64,000 bases of DNA, from positions 149,722 through 213,721 of the forward strand of contig JACRBQ010000035.1 of NCBI GenBank assembly GCA_016213135.1, given 5' to 3'. Made by a program: the position numbers and the translations under genes. Positions 26,324-35,448 of the stretch are shown one piece after another (the first letter of the stretch is position 1; each line of letters begins with the position of its first letter). Under the pieces are notes generated by a model. That model was not told the origin of the DNA and made no database searches. It saw only the letters and a list, made by a program, of their open reading frames with translations. This DNA is from Chloroflexota bacterium. GTDB lineage: Bacteria; Chloroflexota; Anaerolineae; Anaerolineales; VGOW01.

Positions 26324-27472
26324 TTAACCCTCCAACAGGGTCTTTTGACCCATGACAACCTCCTCCAACTTCCTCAAGTTCGTGTCTGTCGGGATTCCTT
26401 TCTCGTCCCAATGCAAGTTGCAGCCGACGTAGTCGAGCAACAGGCCCTGCGCGGGAACGCCCGCCGACTCCATTTCCCAGCCGCCGCCCCAGTTGGTGAG
26501 CGCACACGCCACGCCGACCACGCCTACATCCGCGCGACCCGTTCCCGCTGCAAACACACGCAATTCGTCGGGGATGCTGTAAACCTCGAAGCCGCGCTTC
26601 TCGCCCAGCCTGGTGATCTGGTGAACACGGCACGTTGGCGTGCAATGCCCGCACCGCGCCCCGAGCGGCGTGGCGACGGCCTGGCACTTCTCCTCCGGCT
26701 GGGCGCGCAAGCATGGCGGCACAATCACAATGCGGCGTCGCGTCGCCAGGAACCGCGCGCGGTAGGCCCGGCTGAGTAGCTCTGTGCCCAACATGCCAAG
26801 GTGATATTCCAACCGCGAGCGCGAGACGAACGCGGCATCATACCGCGCCCGATAGTTGGGGGCGCAGTCGGCCAGGAAACACTCGACGCCCGTGGTGAAC
26901 GAGTTAAGCGCCTCCGCGCCGGCCGCGGCGAAGTCGGCGGCCAACGCATTGCTGACGGCCACCACCTCGGCCCCTTTCGCGGGTTCCGAATTCAGCCAAC
27001 GCTGCCACTGTTCCAACCGCCCGGCTTTGGCCGTCTCGCCGTTCGCCCGCAGCCAGGCAATCAAGCGCCGCACGTCTTCACGGTCGGCCGGTGGCCCGCC
27101 GAACCGCACGCTCAGACCATTCAGCCACCCGCGCCATTGTTTCAGCGTTGCTTCCGCTGCCGGCCAACGAACCTGCCAGTCCACCAACCAGCGCTGAACG
27201 CGCAGCCACCAACCGGGCAGGCGCGCGGCCTCGCCACCGTGCTGGCGCAGCAGCACCCCCAACGCCAGCATTTCAAACGCGTACTCCGCGTCGGATCGAT
27301 CCGGCTCGCCGCGCTTCTGCCGATCGGCCCGGATGCGGGCGATAATCTGGCAGACGTCGCCATCGGACAACACTCCCGCCAGCCAATGGTCGGCAAAGGC
27401 GGCCACCGTGCGGTAGTAATCGTCCGAGTCGCGCCCGTTGAGGCGCAGGTTGTAAGTGATGATGCGAGTCAA
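26324..27472 (-). CDS. Cys-rich DUF116-like protein with helical Trp/Arg-rich N-terminal extension
   Basis: The C-terminal about 170 aa (IVIVPPCLRAQPEEKC..ARCGHCTPTCRV..VVGVACALTNW..DYVGCNLHW) match my recollection of the DUF116 Cys pattern. No HMM search was run. Confidence 0.5.
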   Translation of the reverse strand: MTRIITYNLRLNGRDSDDYYRTVAAFADHWLAGVLSDGDVCQIIARIRADRQKRGEPDRSDAEYAFEMLALGVLLRQHGGEAARLPGWWLRVQRWLVDWQVRWPAAEATLKQWRGWLNGLSVRFGGPPADREDVRRLIAWLRANGETAKAGRLEQWQRWLNSEPAKGAEVVAVSNALAADFAAAGAEALNSFTTGVECFLADCAPNYRARYDAAFVSRSRLEYHLGMLGTELLSRAYRARFLATRRRIVIVPPCLRAQPEEKCQAVATPLGARCGHCTPTCRVHQITRLGEKRGFEVYSIPDELRVFAAGTGRADVGVVGVACALTNWGGGWEMESAGVPAQGLLLDYVGCNLHWDEKGIPTDTNLRKLEEVVMGQKTLLEG

Positions 27473-27506
27473 GCTTCCTCACATATGCCGGGTGCTCCGT
27501 CACCCG

Positions 27507-28481
27507 TCACTCAACTCCCACGGCCCTCAACACCCTCAGCGCTCTCAGCGTCACCCATTTGCTCGGCTTGCCTTTGGCTTCGATGTCGATCACCATTCGT
27601 CCATTCAGGCTGTGGCGCAATCGCCAGCGGCCGTCCGCGCCGCGTTGGGACAGCACGAAGTCGACCGCGTTCTGCAGGCGGGCATCGCGGCCGTACCCGG
27701 CCTCGGCTAGCGCCATCAGCGTTTCCAGCACGTCCGAGGTGTACGACAACGGAAAGCCGAGCTTGAACCAATCGCTGCTCACCCGGCTCGTGGTGGGGTA
27801 GTCGGCTTTGGACAGATCGCGGCTCAACAGCAAATCGGCGGCCATGCGCCGGGCTTTGTCGGTTTGCCCGGAACGCAAGTGACCCGGCAGGTTGGCGAGC
27901 GCCCGCAGGGCCTTCACCGCGCCCCACGCGCACGGCAGGCCGTCGTTGGCGGCGCACCGGAATCCCGGCCCCGGCACACCGCTGGCATACCACTCGTCGA
28001 ACTCATCGCCGGTAATCGAAGCGGCCAGCCAGCCCACAGCCCGCGTCACGCGCTCATCCTCGCCAAAGCCGAGCGCCGCCATCGACCACAGCAGGTTGCC
28101 GTTGAGGCAGTGGATGGCCGCCCGTGGCTCGGCGTCTACCTGCGCCGAGAGGCCGCCGTGTGCGGCCTGGGCGTGGGCCAGCAAATAATCGCAGCCCCGG
28201 CGCACTTGCCGGTTGTGGCCGTCTGCGCCCAGTTCGGCCAGAAACAGAATCTGCCACACGGTGGACTGGTACTTCGGCGAGTAGCCCGACCCCGGCTTCA
28301 CCCAATAGCCCTCCGGCTGCTGCGCGCCCAGAATTGTTTTGACGGGCCGGCTGCGCATGATGGCTCGCCGCGCCGCCGCCACCTCTCCATCGTTCTCATC
28401 GCGATCCAACAAATGCTTCAGCGCAAAGTAGCGCACTGATGGGTCTTCTTTTTCCAACAGCCAGTCCAACGTCGTGCTCAT
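27507..28481 (-). CDS. Alpha/alpha-toroid (prenyltransferase / terpene-cyclase repeat) protein
   Basis: Start MSTTLDWLL (ATG 28481, AGGAGGG RBS). QW-type motifs QQPEGYW and QRGADGRW. Helical repeat character. Confidence 0.55.
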   Translation of the reverse strand: MSTTLDWLLEKEDPSVRYFALKHLLDRDENDGEVAAARRAIMRSRPVKTILGAQQPEGYWVKPGSGYSPKYQSTVWQILFLAELGADGHNRQVRRGCDYLLAHAQAAHGGLSAQVDAEPRAAIHCLNGNLLWSMAALGFGEDERVTRAVGWLAASITGDEFDEWYASGVPGPGFRCAANDGLPCAWGAVKALRALANLPGHLRSGQTDKARRMAADLLLSRDLSKADYPTTSRVSSDWFKLGFPLSYTSDVLETLMALAEAGYGRDARLQNAVDFVLSQRGADGRWRLRHSLNGRMVIDIEAKGKPSKWVTLRALRVLRAVGVE

Positions 28482-28491
28482 GGCAACCCTC

Positions 28492-28986
28492 CTATCGCGC
28501 GGCCTCCTCTTCGCAGGGCCGGATGGCAACGACCGCGATCTTTCCCGCGAATTGTTCCAGTTGCTTACGGTCGGGCTTCGCCGGTAACCCCTCGCCGCGA
28601 AGCATTGCGCCCATCATTCGGGGGCGCCGCTTGAGTCGCATTTCCAGAAAGTCGGCAATGCGACTCGGGTCGGCAATCGGTTCGGCCTGACCGTGGAAGC
28701 GGCGGGCTTTCACTCGAATCTCGACGCGCGGGTTGGCGAGAATGTTGCGGAACCAATCGGCCTGCTGCCCGCGCGCCGAGGCGACATAGATGACGCCGTC
28801 CTGCTCTTCGTACTGGAGCGGCGTCACGCGCGTCACGCCGGTCTTGCGGCCTGTGGTTGTCAGAAGCAAAATCAACCCGCCGACGACAGGCCCCAGCCCG
28901 AGCGCGTACCACAGCCGAGGCAGTTTCAGCACGCGCCAAACAGCGACGGGCAGGCTGCGGAAATCAATCGCTCTCCGGCGCATCAT
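28492..28986 (-). CDS. Deazaflavin-dependent nitroreductase (DDN / F420H2-quinone-reductase) family protein, copy 1
   Basis: LLLLTTTGRKTGVTRVTPLQYEEQDGVIYVASARG..ADWFRNILANPRVEIRV. Confidence 0.75.
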   Translation of the reverse strand: MMRRRAIDFRSLPVAVWRVLKLPRLWYALGLGPVVGGLILLLTTTGRKTGVTRVTPLQYEEQDGVIYVASARGQQADWFRNILANPRVEIRVKARRFHGQAEPIADPSRIADFLEMRLKRRPRMMGAMLRGEGLPAKPDRKQLEQFAGKIAVVAIRPCEEEAAR

Positions 28987-28996
28987 CCCTCGTCTC

Positions 28997-30166
28997 TCAT
29001 CCGGACGGCTTCGGCCTTACGAACCCCGCCGCCACCAGCATCATCACGCCGATGAGGCCCAGCACCCCGGCCTCGCCGCCGATCCACAGCGCGAGCGACC
29101 GCGCAATATACCGCCCGATGCCCAGCCCCAAGTCGATCATTCCAGCGGAGGCCACGGATGCCCTCAGCTTATCCATCGCGAAGGTGGCGATGGCCCAATT
29201 CATCACCGGCAACGCGGCCACGGCTATGCTTGCGCCGATGAGGCCGACAATCAATAGCGGCACGCCCCACCACAGCAACAGGCCGCGCCGCGAGCGCGCG
29301 CCGAATAGCCCCACTAGCAGCAGCAGGGCCAACGGCGCCAGCGGGCTGAGGCGCAGGACCCAGCGGACGAGGAAGAGCGCGCGCCGCTGATCCGGCCCGA
29401 AGCCGCCGCCCTGATCCGAAGGCGCAGTCGGCGCATTGTCGCTGTCTCCCCCGCCGAGCACCGCCTGATCGGGGATTTCGGCCGTTACTTCAGCCAGCGT
29501 CTGCCGGATCAACGGCTTGACCGCCGTGAGCGAGTCCTCCGGCGGCGAACAGGCAAGCAACTGACTCAGGTCGGCGTCGGGGGTGGAGAGGGCCATGCTC
29601 GTCAGTTGCTCGGCAGTGCAGGGCGGCTGGGCGCGGCTCAATTGCAGCACCGCCTCCGCTCCGGCATCGCTGTCGAGCCGTTCTCGAATCTCTTTGGTCG
29701 AAATCGTGATCTTCAGCGCCGCCGACTCGGAGTTCAGATAGGCAAAGAGCTGATCGATGGCGCTCTCGGCCTGTGCTTGCACCCAGCCGGGAGGAAGGAT
29801 CGTGTCCAGGATGGCTTCCCAATCTTTTTGGTCGAGCGACTTCATAAACGGCGGCGGGCCGCTGTCTTCAGAAGGCGCATCGCCCGTATCTGGCGCTCCC
29901 TCGGCCAGGCAACGTGGATCGGTCGGGGTTTCGCGGCACGGGTTGTAGCTGCCGGCCCGCATCATCTCCTCGGCCACCAGCGCCGAGAATCGATCGTAGA
30001 TGTTTTGCTCGGTCAGCGCGGCTTTATAAAGGGCCGGGTTGAACAGTTGCCGCTCGGCGTTGAAAAGCAATAGCGACAAGACGGCCGTGATGACGAACAA
30101 CACGGCCAGCACGAAGGCGATGAACGCGGCGAGGGCGGCGATGATGGCAGTGAGTATTTTTCGCAT
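28997..30166 (-). CDS. Hypothetical multi-pass membrane protein with large extracytoplasmic loop
   Basis: N-terminal TM segment ILTAIIAALAAFIAFVLAVLFVITAVLSLLLF. C-terminal cluster of TM helices. I recognise no family. Confidence 0.6.
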   Translation of the reverse strand: MRKILTAIIAALAAFIAFVLAVLFVITAVLSLLLFNAERQLFNPALYKAALTEQNIYDRFSALVAEEMMRAGSYNPCRETPTDPRCLAEGAPDTGDAPSEDSGPPPFMKSLDQKDWEAILDTILPPGWVQAQAESAIDQLFAYLNSESAALKITISTKEIRERLDSDAGAEAVLQLSRAQPPCTAEQLTSMALSTPDADLSQLLACSPPEDSLTAVKPLIRQTLAEVTAEIPDQAVLGGGDSDNAPTAPSDQGGGFGPDQRRALFLVRWVLRLSPLAPLALLLLVGLFGARSRRGLLLWWGVPLLIVGLIGASIAVAALPVMNWAIATFAMDKLRASVASAGMIDLGLGIGRYIARSLALWIGGEAGVLGLIGVMMLVAAGFVRPKPSG

Positions 30167-30223
30167 GAAACACCTCTCTGCGCGACTATTGGCGCTCGCC
30201 GCTCATCATAACGCAAACTCCGG

Positions 30224-30988
30224 TCAGCCTCCGGAGAGCAAGAACCGGAAGAAGCTGCCCGCATCTCGCAGCCGCGGCCAGAACGCCGGCACCCGCGCCC
30301 GGTACTCGGCGTATCCGGCGCCGAACCGTTCGATCAGCTCCGGCTCTTCGACAAGGCGCAGCCAAATGGTGAGTCCGACGGGCATGAACAGGCCAAACAA
30401 CAGACTGAACCATGTGCCCCGCCACAACCCGAACGCCATCCCCATCCGTATCGCGCCCGAATACGCCGGATGACGCAGAATGCCATAGATGGACGAGTTC
30501 ACCATCCGCCCCTCGGCAGAAAAGTAAACGTAGAGCATGGCGAGGTTGTCCGTGCCAAAGGTGCGGTAAGCTCGCACATACAGCGCTGCCCCGGTGACGA
30601 TGAAATACAACCCGGCCACGGCGGCCGCCGGAGTGAACCAGCCGGTGAGCAGCCGTTGGCCCGGCTGATACAGGTTGTGGAATATGGCGGCGAACATGAA
30701 AGGCAGGCCGGGGAGCATGAAGTGAAGAAAGGCATTCCGATACGCCCGGTCGCCGTGCTTCTCCCGGTATTCCTTTCTGCGCCAGAAGAACTGCGCCGAG
30801 ATCACGAAGCCGAGCAGCACGCCCGCGATTTGCCCAAGCGGCGACCAGCGCGGCCACAGGGAGTCCACCGCGACCATCCCCGCTGTCGCTAATGCGAAAA
30901 GAGTGAGGGCGATCAGCAGCGCCGCCAGGCGTCGCCAGCGACGGCGCAGTTCCGGGATGTGGGAAAGAATGGGGGAAGCACCGCTCAT
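30224..30988 (-). CDS. Isoprenylcysteine carboxyl methyltransferase (ICMT)/phospholipid methyltransferase family membrane protein
   Basis: Real start MSGASPILSHIPEL (ATG 30988, ATGA overlap with the RACo stop). The first 151 codons of ORF-track entry 30224..31441 are out-of-frame overlap. Motif GILRHPAYSGAI..EEPELIERFGAGYAEY. Confidence 0.75.
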   Translation of the reverse strand: MSGASPILSHIPELRRRWRRLAALLIALTLFALATAGMVAVDSLWPRWSPLGQIAGVLLGFVISAQFFWRRKEYREKHGDRAYRNAFLHFMLPGLPFMFAAIFHNLYQPGQRLLTGWFTPAAAVAGLYFIVTGAALYVRAYRTFGTDNLAMLYVYFSAEGRMVNSSIYGILRHPAYSGAIRMGMAFGLWRGTWFSLLFGLFMPVGLTIWLRLVEEPELIERFGAGYAEYRARVPAFWPRLRDAGSFFRFLLSGG

Positions 30989-32955
30989 GAATTCCTCCCG
31001 TTGCCCTCCAACGCCGCCACCGTTGGAAACCTGCTCAGGTCGGTGTGCGGCAAGAACAGCGCCGAGGTGAACGCGTCGTAAAAAGTGTTGTCCGCTGAAA
31101 GCTCGATGTACGTCATCTTGCCGGCGATGGCCGTCACCCTGGCCCGCGCCTCGCGCGAGAGCAGCGCCATGTACGCGCCCATCACCGAGGTGTTGCCCAA
31201 AAAGTGAAAACGATCCCACGGCATATCGGGCAGCAGCCCCAATTGCACCGCCTTTTCCACATTGATGTACTTGCCGAACGAGCCGCCGATGAGCAGTCGT
31301 TCCACATCGCCGAGGTTCACGCCCACGCTCTGGGCCAGCACGCTGAAGCCGGCGTAAATGGCGGCCTTGGCGCGCATGAGGTTGTCGATGTCCACTTTGG
31401 TGACCACAATGTCGCGGCCATGGGCGGTTTCGGCGGCCCAAGCCACCACGTATTCGGGGCCGTGCGCGCCCTCGCGCAGGCGCGGCGTGCCCAGGTCCAT
31501 CTTGAATTTGCCGCCCTTATCCACCACGCCGGTAATGAACAACTCGGCAGTGAGCGCAATGAGTCCCGAGCCGCATACGCCACGGGGCGCCGTGCCGCCA
31601 ATCACGCGATACGTCGGCTCGTGGCTGTGGCTGTTGATCCACACTTCCTCAATGGCGCCCCGCGTGGCACGCATGCCGCACACCACCCCCGCGCCCTCGA
31701 ACGCCGGGCCTGCAGAACAGGCGCACGTCACCAGCCAGTCGCGGTTGCCCAGCGCCATCTCGCCGTTGGTGCCTACGTCGATGAACATCGTCAGCGCATC
31801 GGATTCGGCCATGCCGGAGGCCAGCACCCCCGCCGTGATGTCTGCGCCCACATAGGAGGCCACACCCGGCAAACAGTCCACCGCCGCGCGGGGGTGAATG
31901 TTCAACCCCACCTCGGCGGCCAGCAAGGGCAGGGGGCGGTTGACGGCGGGGATGTACGGCGCGAGGCGAATACTGGCCGGGGGGAGGCCGAGGAACAAAT
32001 GCGTCATGGTGGTGTTGCCCGTCACCGTGGCTTTGTAAATCTGCAACGGGTCCACGTGTGCGCGCTGAGTCAGGCGGCTCAGCAACTCATTCACTGTGCC
32101 GCGCACCTGCTGGGTCAACTCGCCCAGGCCGTTGTTCTTGCCCGCGAAAATAATGCGCGAGATCACGTCCTCGCCGCGCGCGATCTGGCCGTTGTATTCG
32201 GCGGCGGTGTCCAGCGCCTCGCCCGTTTGCAGGTCCACCAAAAACACGCTCACCGTGGTGGTGCCGATGTCAATCGCAATGCCGTAGAGACGGCCCGGTG
32301 GGCCGTCTCCAGGGGGTTCCGGCAGGAGACGTTCCAGCGGAACGTCTCTACGGCCCGGCCCAAGATCGATCAGCCTCGGCGGCCCGTCGGGTTGCCGCCA
32401 GTTGTCCGTTTCTACGACGGCGCTGACGCGCCAGTTTCCCCGCCGTAACCGGTCTCCCAGTTCGCGCAGCAACGGCAGGGGCACATCGGGATTGCGGATG
32501 CCCTGCAGTGCCAGCGCCCGTTCCACCCGGCCCAGATCATCGGTGGCATCGTCCAGTGTGGGCGCTTCGAGGTCGAGGGCAAACGCGCGCACGGTCTGAT
32601 CCCGCACCGGATCGTAGGGGAACGGCACGGCCACTTTGCTCACGCTTCTGTCGGTGACCAACCGCCGCTCGACCTGCTCCTGCTCCGGCACAAAGATCGC
32701 TGCGTCTCCCTCCACCACGGATTGGCAGGCCAGCGCGTATCCGGCTTCGAGGTCTGCCGCGCTCAGGCGAATGGTGGATCGCCGCCGGATTGTGCCGGAC
32801 TCGACCACCACCGCGCATCGCCCGCAGCGGCCCTGTCCGCCGCACGGCTGGCCTACTTCCAACCCGGCCTCGCGCAGCGCGTCGACGATCAGCGCGCCGG
32901 TGGGCACGGTGGCGGTTTTGTTCGAGGGGTGAAAGAGGAGGGTGTGAGAGGCCAT
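30985..32955 (-). CDS. Reductive activator of corrinoid iron-sulfur protein (RACo/AcsV type; 2Fe-2S ferredoxin plus ASKHA ATPase)
   Basis: N-terminus CGGQGRCGRCAV (plant-type 2Fe-2S). ASKHA phosphate motifs GIAIDIGTTTV and FIDVGTNGE. 656 aa. Confidence 0.85.
   Translation of the reverse strand: MASHTLLFHPSNKTATVPTGALIVDALREAGLEVGQPCGGQGRCGRCAVVVESGTIRRRSTIRLSAADLEAGYALACQSVVEGDAAIFVPEQEQVERRLVTDRSVSKVAVPFPYDPVRDQTVRAFALDLEAPTLDDATDDLGRVERALALQGIRNPDVPLPLLRELGDRLRRGNWRVSAVVETDNWRQPDGPPRLIDLGPGRRDVPLERLLPEPPGDGPPGRLYGIAIDIGTTTVSVFLVDLQTGEALDTAAEYNGQIARGEDVISRIIFAGKNNGLGELTQQVRGTVNELLSRLTQRAHVDPLQIYKATVTGNTTMTHLFLGLPPASIRLAPYIPAVNRPLPLLAAEVGLNIHPRAAVDCLPGVASYVGADITAGVLASGMAESDALTMFIDVGTNGEMALGNRDWLVTCACSAGPAFEGAGVVCGMRATRGAIEEVWINSHSHEPTYRVIGGTAPRGVCGSGLIALTAELFITGVVDKGGKFKMDLGTPRLREGAHGPEYVVAWAAETAHGRDIVVTKVDIDNLMRAKAAIYAGFSVLAQSVGVNLGDVERLLIGGSFGKYINVEKAVQLGLLPDMPWDRFHFLGNTSVMGAYMALLSREARARVTAIAGKMTYIELSADNTFYDAFTSALFLPHTDLSRFPTVAALEGNGRNS
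32281..32355. repeat. Compound nested GAGACG palindromic element in-frame inside the RACo gene
   Basis: gccgtagagacggcc cggtgggccgtctcc..ggagacgttcc agc ggaacgtctctacggc. Two inner hairpins plus an outer inverted repeat. It encodes RRDVPLERLLPEPPGDGPPGRLYG just upstream of the first ASKHA motif. Confidence 0.9.
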
Positions 32956-32974
32956 GAAGGGGGGTGAGGTGAAT

Positions 32975-33553
32975 CTATCGCTTTCGTTTCCGCATTGCCA
33001 GCGGGAGCAATACCATCGCCGCCAGCGGCCACACCCAGGCCAGATCGCCGGGGCCGCCGGGGCCGGTGCGAGCCGCCATCCGTTTGAGGTGCAGCAAACG
33101 GTAGTGGGCCGCCGTTTTCGTCAGCGCCTCATCCGAGATGTGGAAGGGATCGATGCCCGCCGCGCGGGCGGCGAAGCCGCTGGCGATCAAGACATGCCGC
33201 AGGAGAGGCAGCCGTTGTTCGGAGTCCGACACGTCTTCCACCGTGGCCGCCCACCAACCGTCGGGCAGCCACACCTCTGCCTCCGGCTTCGCCATGAGGT
33301 TGCGATACCAATCGGAAATGCCCCCGAAGCCGGCGGTGCAATAAATCTCGCCGTCCACCACGGCATAGTTCACCGGCGCGAAGCGCCGGCGGCCCGTCTT
33401 GCGCCCGGTGTGGGCAATCACCATGATGCGCCCGCTTACGGTCGGCGCAAAGTTGATGAACGGCCCCAGCCCCAGCCGCCACATGAACACCATGAACGGG
33501 TTGAGGTAGCGCTTGAAGCCTTGCCGCAGTGTTTCTTCATTACTCGGATTCAT
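32975..33553 (-). CDS. DDN-family (split beta-barrel) protein, copy 2, with C-terminal TM tail
   Basis: Start MNPSNEETLRQG (ATG 33553, GGGAGG RBS). IMVIAHTGRKTGRRRFAPVNYAVVDGEIYCTAGFG..SDWYRNLMAKPEAEVW. Tail WVWPLAAMVLLPLAMRKRKR. Confidence 0.7.
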   Translation of the reverse strand: MNPSNEETLRQGFKRYLNPFMVFMWRLGLGPFINFAPTVSGRIMVIAHTGRKTGRRRFAPVNYAVVDGEIYCTAGFGGISDWYRNLMAKPEAEVWLPDGWWAATVEDVSDSEQRLPLLRHVLIASGFAARAAGIDPFHISDEALTKTAAHYRLLHLKRMAARTGPGGPGDLAWVWPLAAMVLLPLAMRKRKR

Positions 33554-33795
33554 ATCAGACCTCCCTATCGGCAGGCCGCCGGATCGACGCGATAAACCAT
33601 GTTCTCCTGCGCGGCCGTTGCCCACAGGAACTTGCCATCCCACGCCAGTCCCCACCACCCGTACCACGTGGCCGGTGGAGTGGCCGACGAAAGCTCGACG
33701 GTTGGGTTCAGCCGCGCCGAGCACAGCGAGGCGTCGGCTGGAAGCGCGTGTTGGGCGGCTGTTACATTCAGACATAAAACTACACCCGTTGGCGC

Positions 33796-34998
33796 TCACA
33801 GAATCTTTTCTACGGCTTGAACCGCTGCAGTAACACCATCCGCTTCAGTTCTAATCTTACATCCCAGTTCGCTTGCCTTCTCCTGTATCCGTCCATCATT
33901 CTTAACTCGCATAATAGCTTCACTCAAATTTTCGACATTCAATTTTCCACGCGAGATAAACCCAGGGCTGACGCCCAATTCATTTACGCGCTGCCCCCAG
34001 TAGAATTGGTCAATAACATGCGGCACGACAATGCCAGGTATGCCTGCGAGAAGAGTCGCGGCAGTCGTGCCAAAACCGCCATGATGAGTGACCATGCTCA
34101 CCTGGTCAAAAAGCCAACTGTGCGGCATTGCGCCAGCACGATACACTGTCCTGGGAATCTCCAGACCACGCAGGGCTTCATCCCATCCCTGAATAATGGC
34201 GCGTACATTCGTTCGCTCCAGTGCCCCAAGTATGATCTGCGCTCCCTCCCGGGCTCGTTTGCCAGACATACCCATTACCCCCAGGCTCACCGCTATTGGT
34301 TTATCGCCGCCATCAAGAAAATCCAACAAATCGCGGGGTGGCTCCCACTCCTTTTGCGGACGAGCGAACCAATAGCCTGTTTGGTAAACATGGCGAGGCC
34401 AGCGTGGGTCAGGCGAAGCCACATGCTGACTGACGGGTAAAAGGATCATGCGAGTCGACATCATGCTCGCGATATCTTTGACAGGCGGTGCGCCCACCCG
34501 TTTTCGAAAACGATTCGTTGGCGCAATAAAAAGTTTCCCCATGACCGACCAGATGACCCGTCCTAAAAAGGATGGCGTGGCATTCGTTACAGGAATACGA
34601 GCAGGTTGCAGGGTAACACTAATCCAGGGGATATTCAGTTTTTCCGCTTCTGCTATGCCACAGCCTGTATCGGAAGTGATGACTAAATCCGCCCCTTGAC
34701 ATACCTTTAGCACGTCAGGGTAAGCTTCTTCTACCAACCGCCCCCCAAATTGCATGACTCGAATCATGCCAATCCACATATTGTTGAAGGATTGGGCCAT
34801 GAGCTGCGCTCCCACGGCTCCCATATCGACAGCCGGACCAATTGGAATGCTCGTTACACCATGCGAAGCCGCCAGAGAACACAGGGTAGGATTCGTGGCT
34901 AGGATAACCTCATGTCCCGCTTCCTGTAATCCTTGACAAAGATTGATGTAGGGTTGCACGTCTCCGCGTGAACCAATAGTAGCAACTACGATTCTCAT
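33796..34998 (-). CDS. Family-1 (MGT/UGT-like) glycosyltransferase in a low-GC patch
   Basis: Start MRIVVATIGSRGDVQPYINLCQGLQEAGHEV (ATG 34998). C-terminal nucleotide-sugar motif HHGGFGTTAATLLAGIPGIVVPHVIDQFYWG. GC is visibly lower (about 50%) than the flanks. Confidence 0.85.
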   Translation of the reverse strand: MRIVVATIGSRGDVQPYINLCQGLQEAGHEVILATNPTLCSLAASHGVTSIPIGPAVDMGAVGAQLMAQSFNNMWIGMIRVMQFGGRLVEEAYPDVLKVCQGADLVITSDTGCGIAEAEKLNIPWISVTLQPARIPVTNATPSFLGRVIWSVMGKLFIAPTNRFRKRVGAPPVKDIASMMSTRMILLPVSQHVASPDPRWPRHVYQTGYWFARPQKEWEPPRDLLDFLDGGDKPIAVSLGVMGMSGKRAREGAQIILGALERTNVRAIIQGWDEALRGLEIPRTVYRAGAMPHSWLFDQVSMVTHHGGFGTTAATLLAGIPGIVVPHVIDQFYWGQRVNELGVSPGFISRGKLNVENLSEAIMRVKNDGRIQEKASELGCKIRTEADGVTAAVQAVEKIL

Positions 34999-35077
34999 TT
35001 GGCCTCGCGTGGAATACGACTCAATTTTACTCTGCCGCCCAACATGCAAATAGGTTTCAGTGTGCCGTTCAGTTTGC

Positions 35078-35368
35078 TTATGTTTGATAACGATCGCCGC
35101 GTTCCTTCGCCAACTCTTTGAGGATGACCCGCTCCACCGACGCGGACTCAGCGGGGTTGATGGTGCGCGGCGGCGGCAGAGGATCGTGAATGTGCTTGAA
35201 CAGAATCGCCATCGGCGTTTCGGCCGCAAACGGCGGGCGGCCTGTCGCCATTTCGTACAGCATCACCCCGCCCGGCTGGTAGGCCTTGTACACGGCCGCC
35301 ATGCCGCCCTCGCCGAGCGGAGCGACGATTCGATATTGACCAAGCTGCTTGCCGGTGAGGTCTTCCAT
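35078..35368 (-). pseudogene. Ser/Thr protein kinase remnant with catalytic core deleted
   Basis: The N-lobe start YRIVAPLGEGGMAAVYKAYQPG is joined directly to the C-lobe GVMLYEMATGRPPF..KDP-like ERGDRYQT. No HRD or DFG segments remain. 96 codons. Confidence 0.6.
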
Positions 35369-35448
35369 TTCTTTTGCCGATGACGGGCGACAGGTGACTG
35401 ATGGTGTATTTCAGCCCTCTGCTGTTTGCCCCCGCTGCCTGCCACCGG

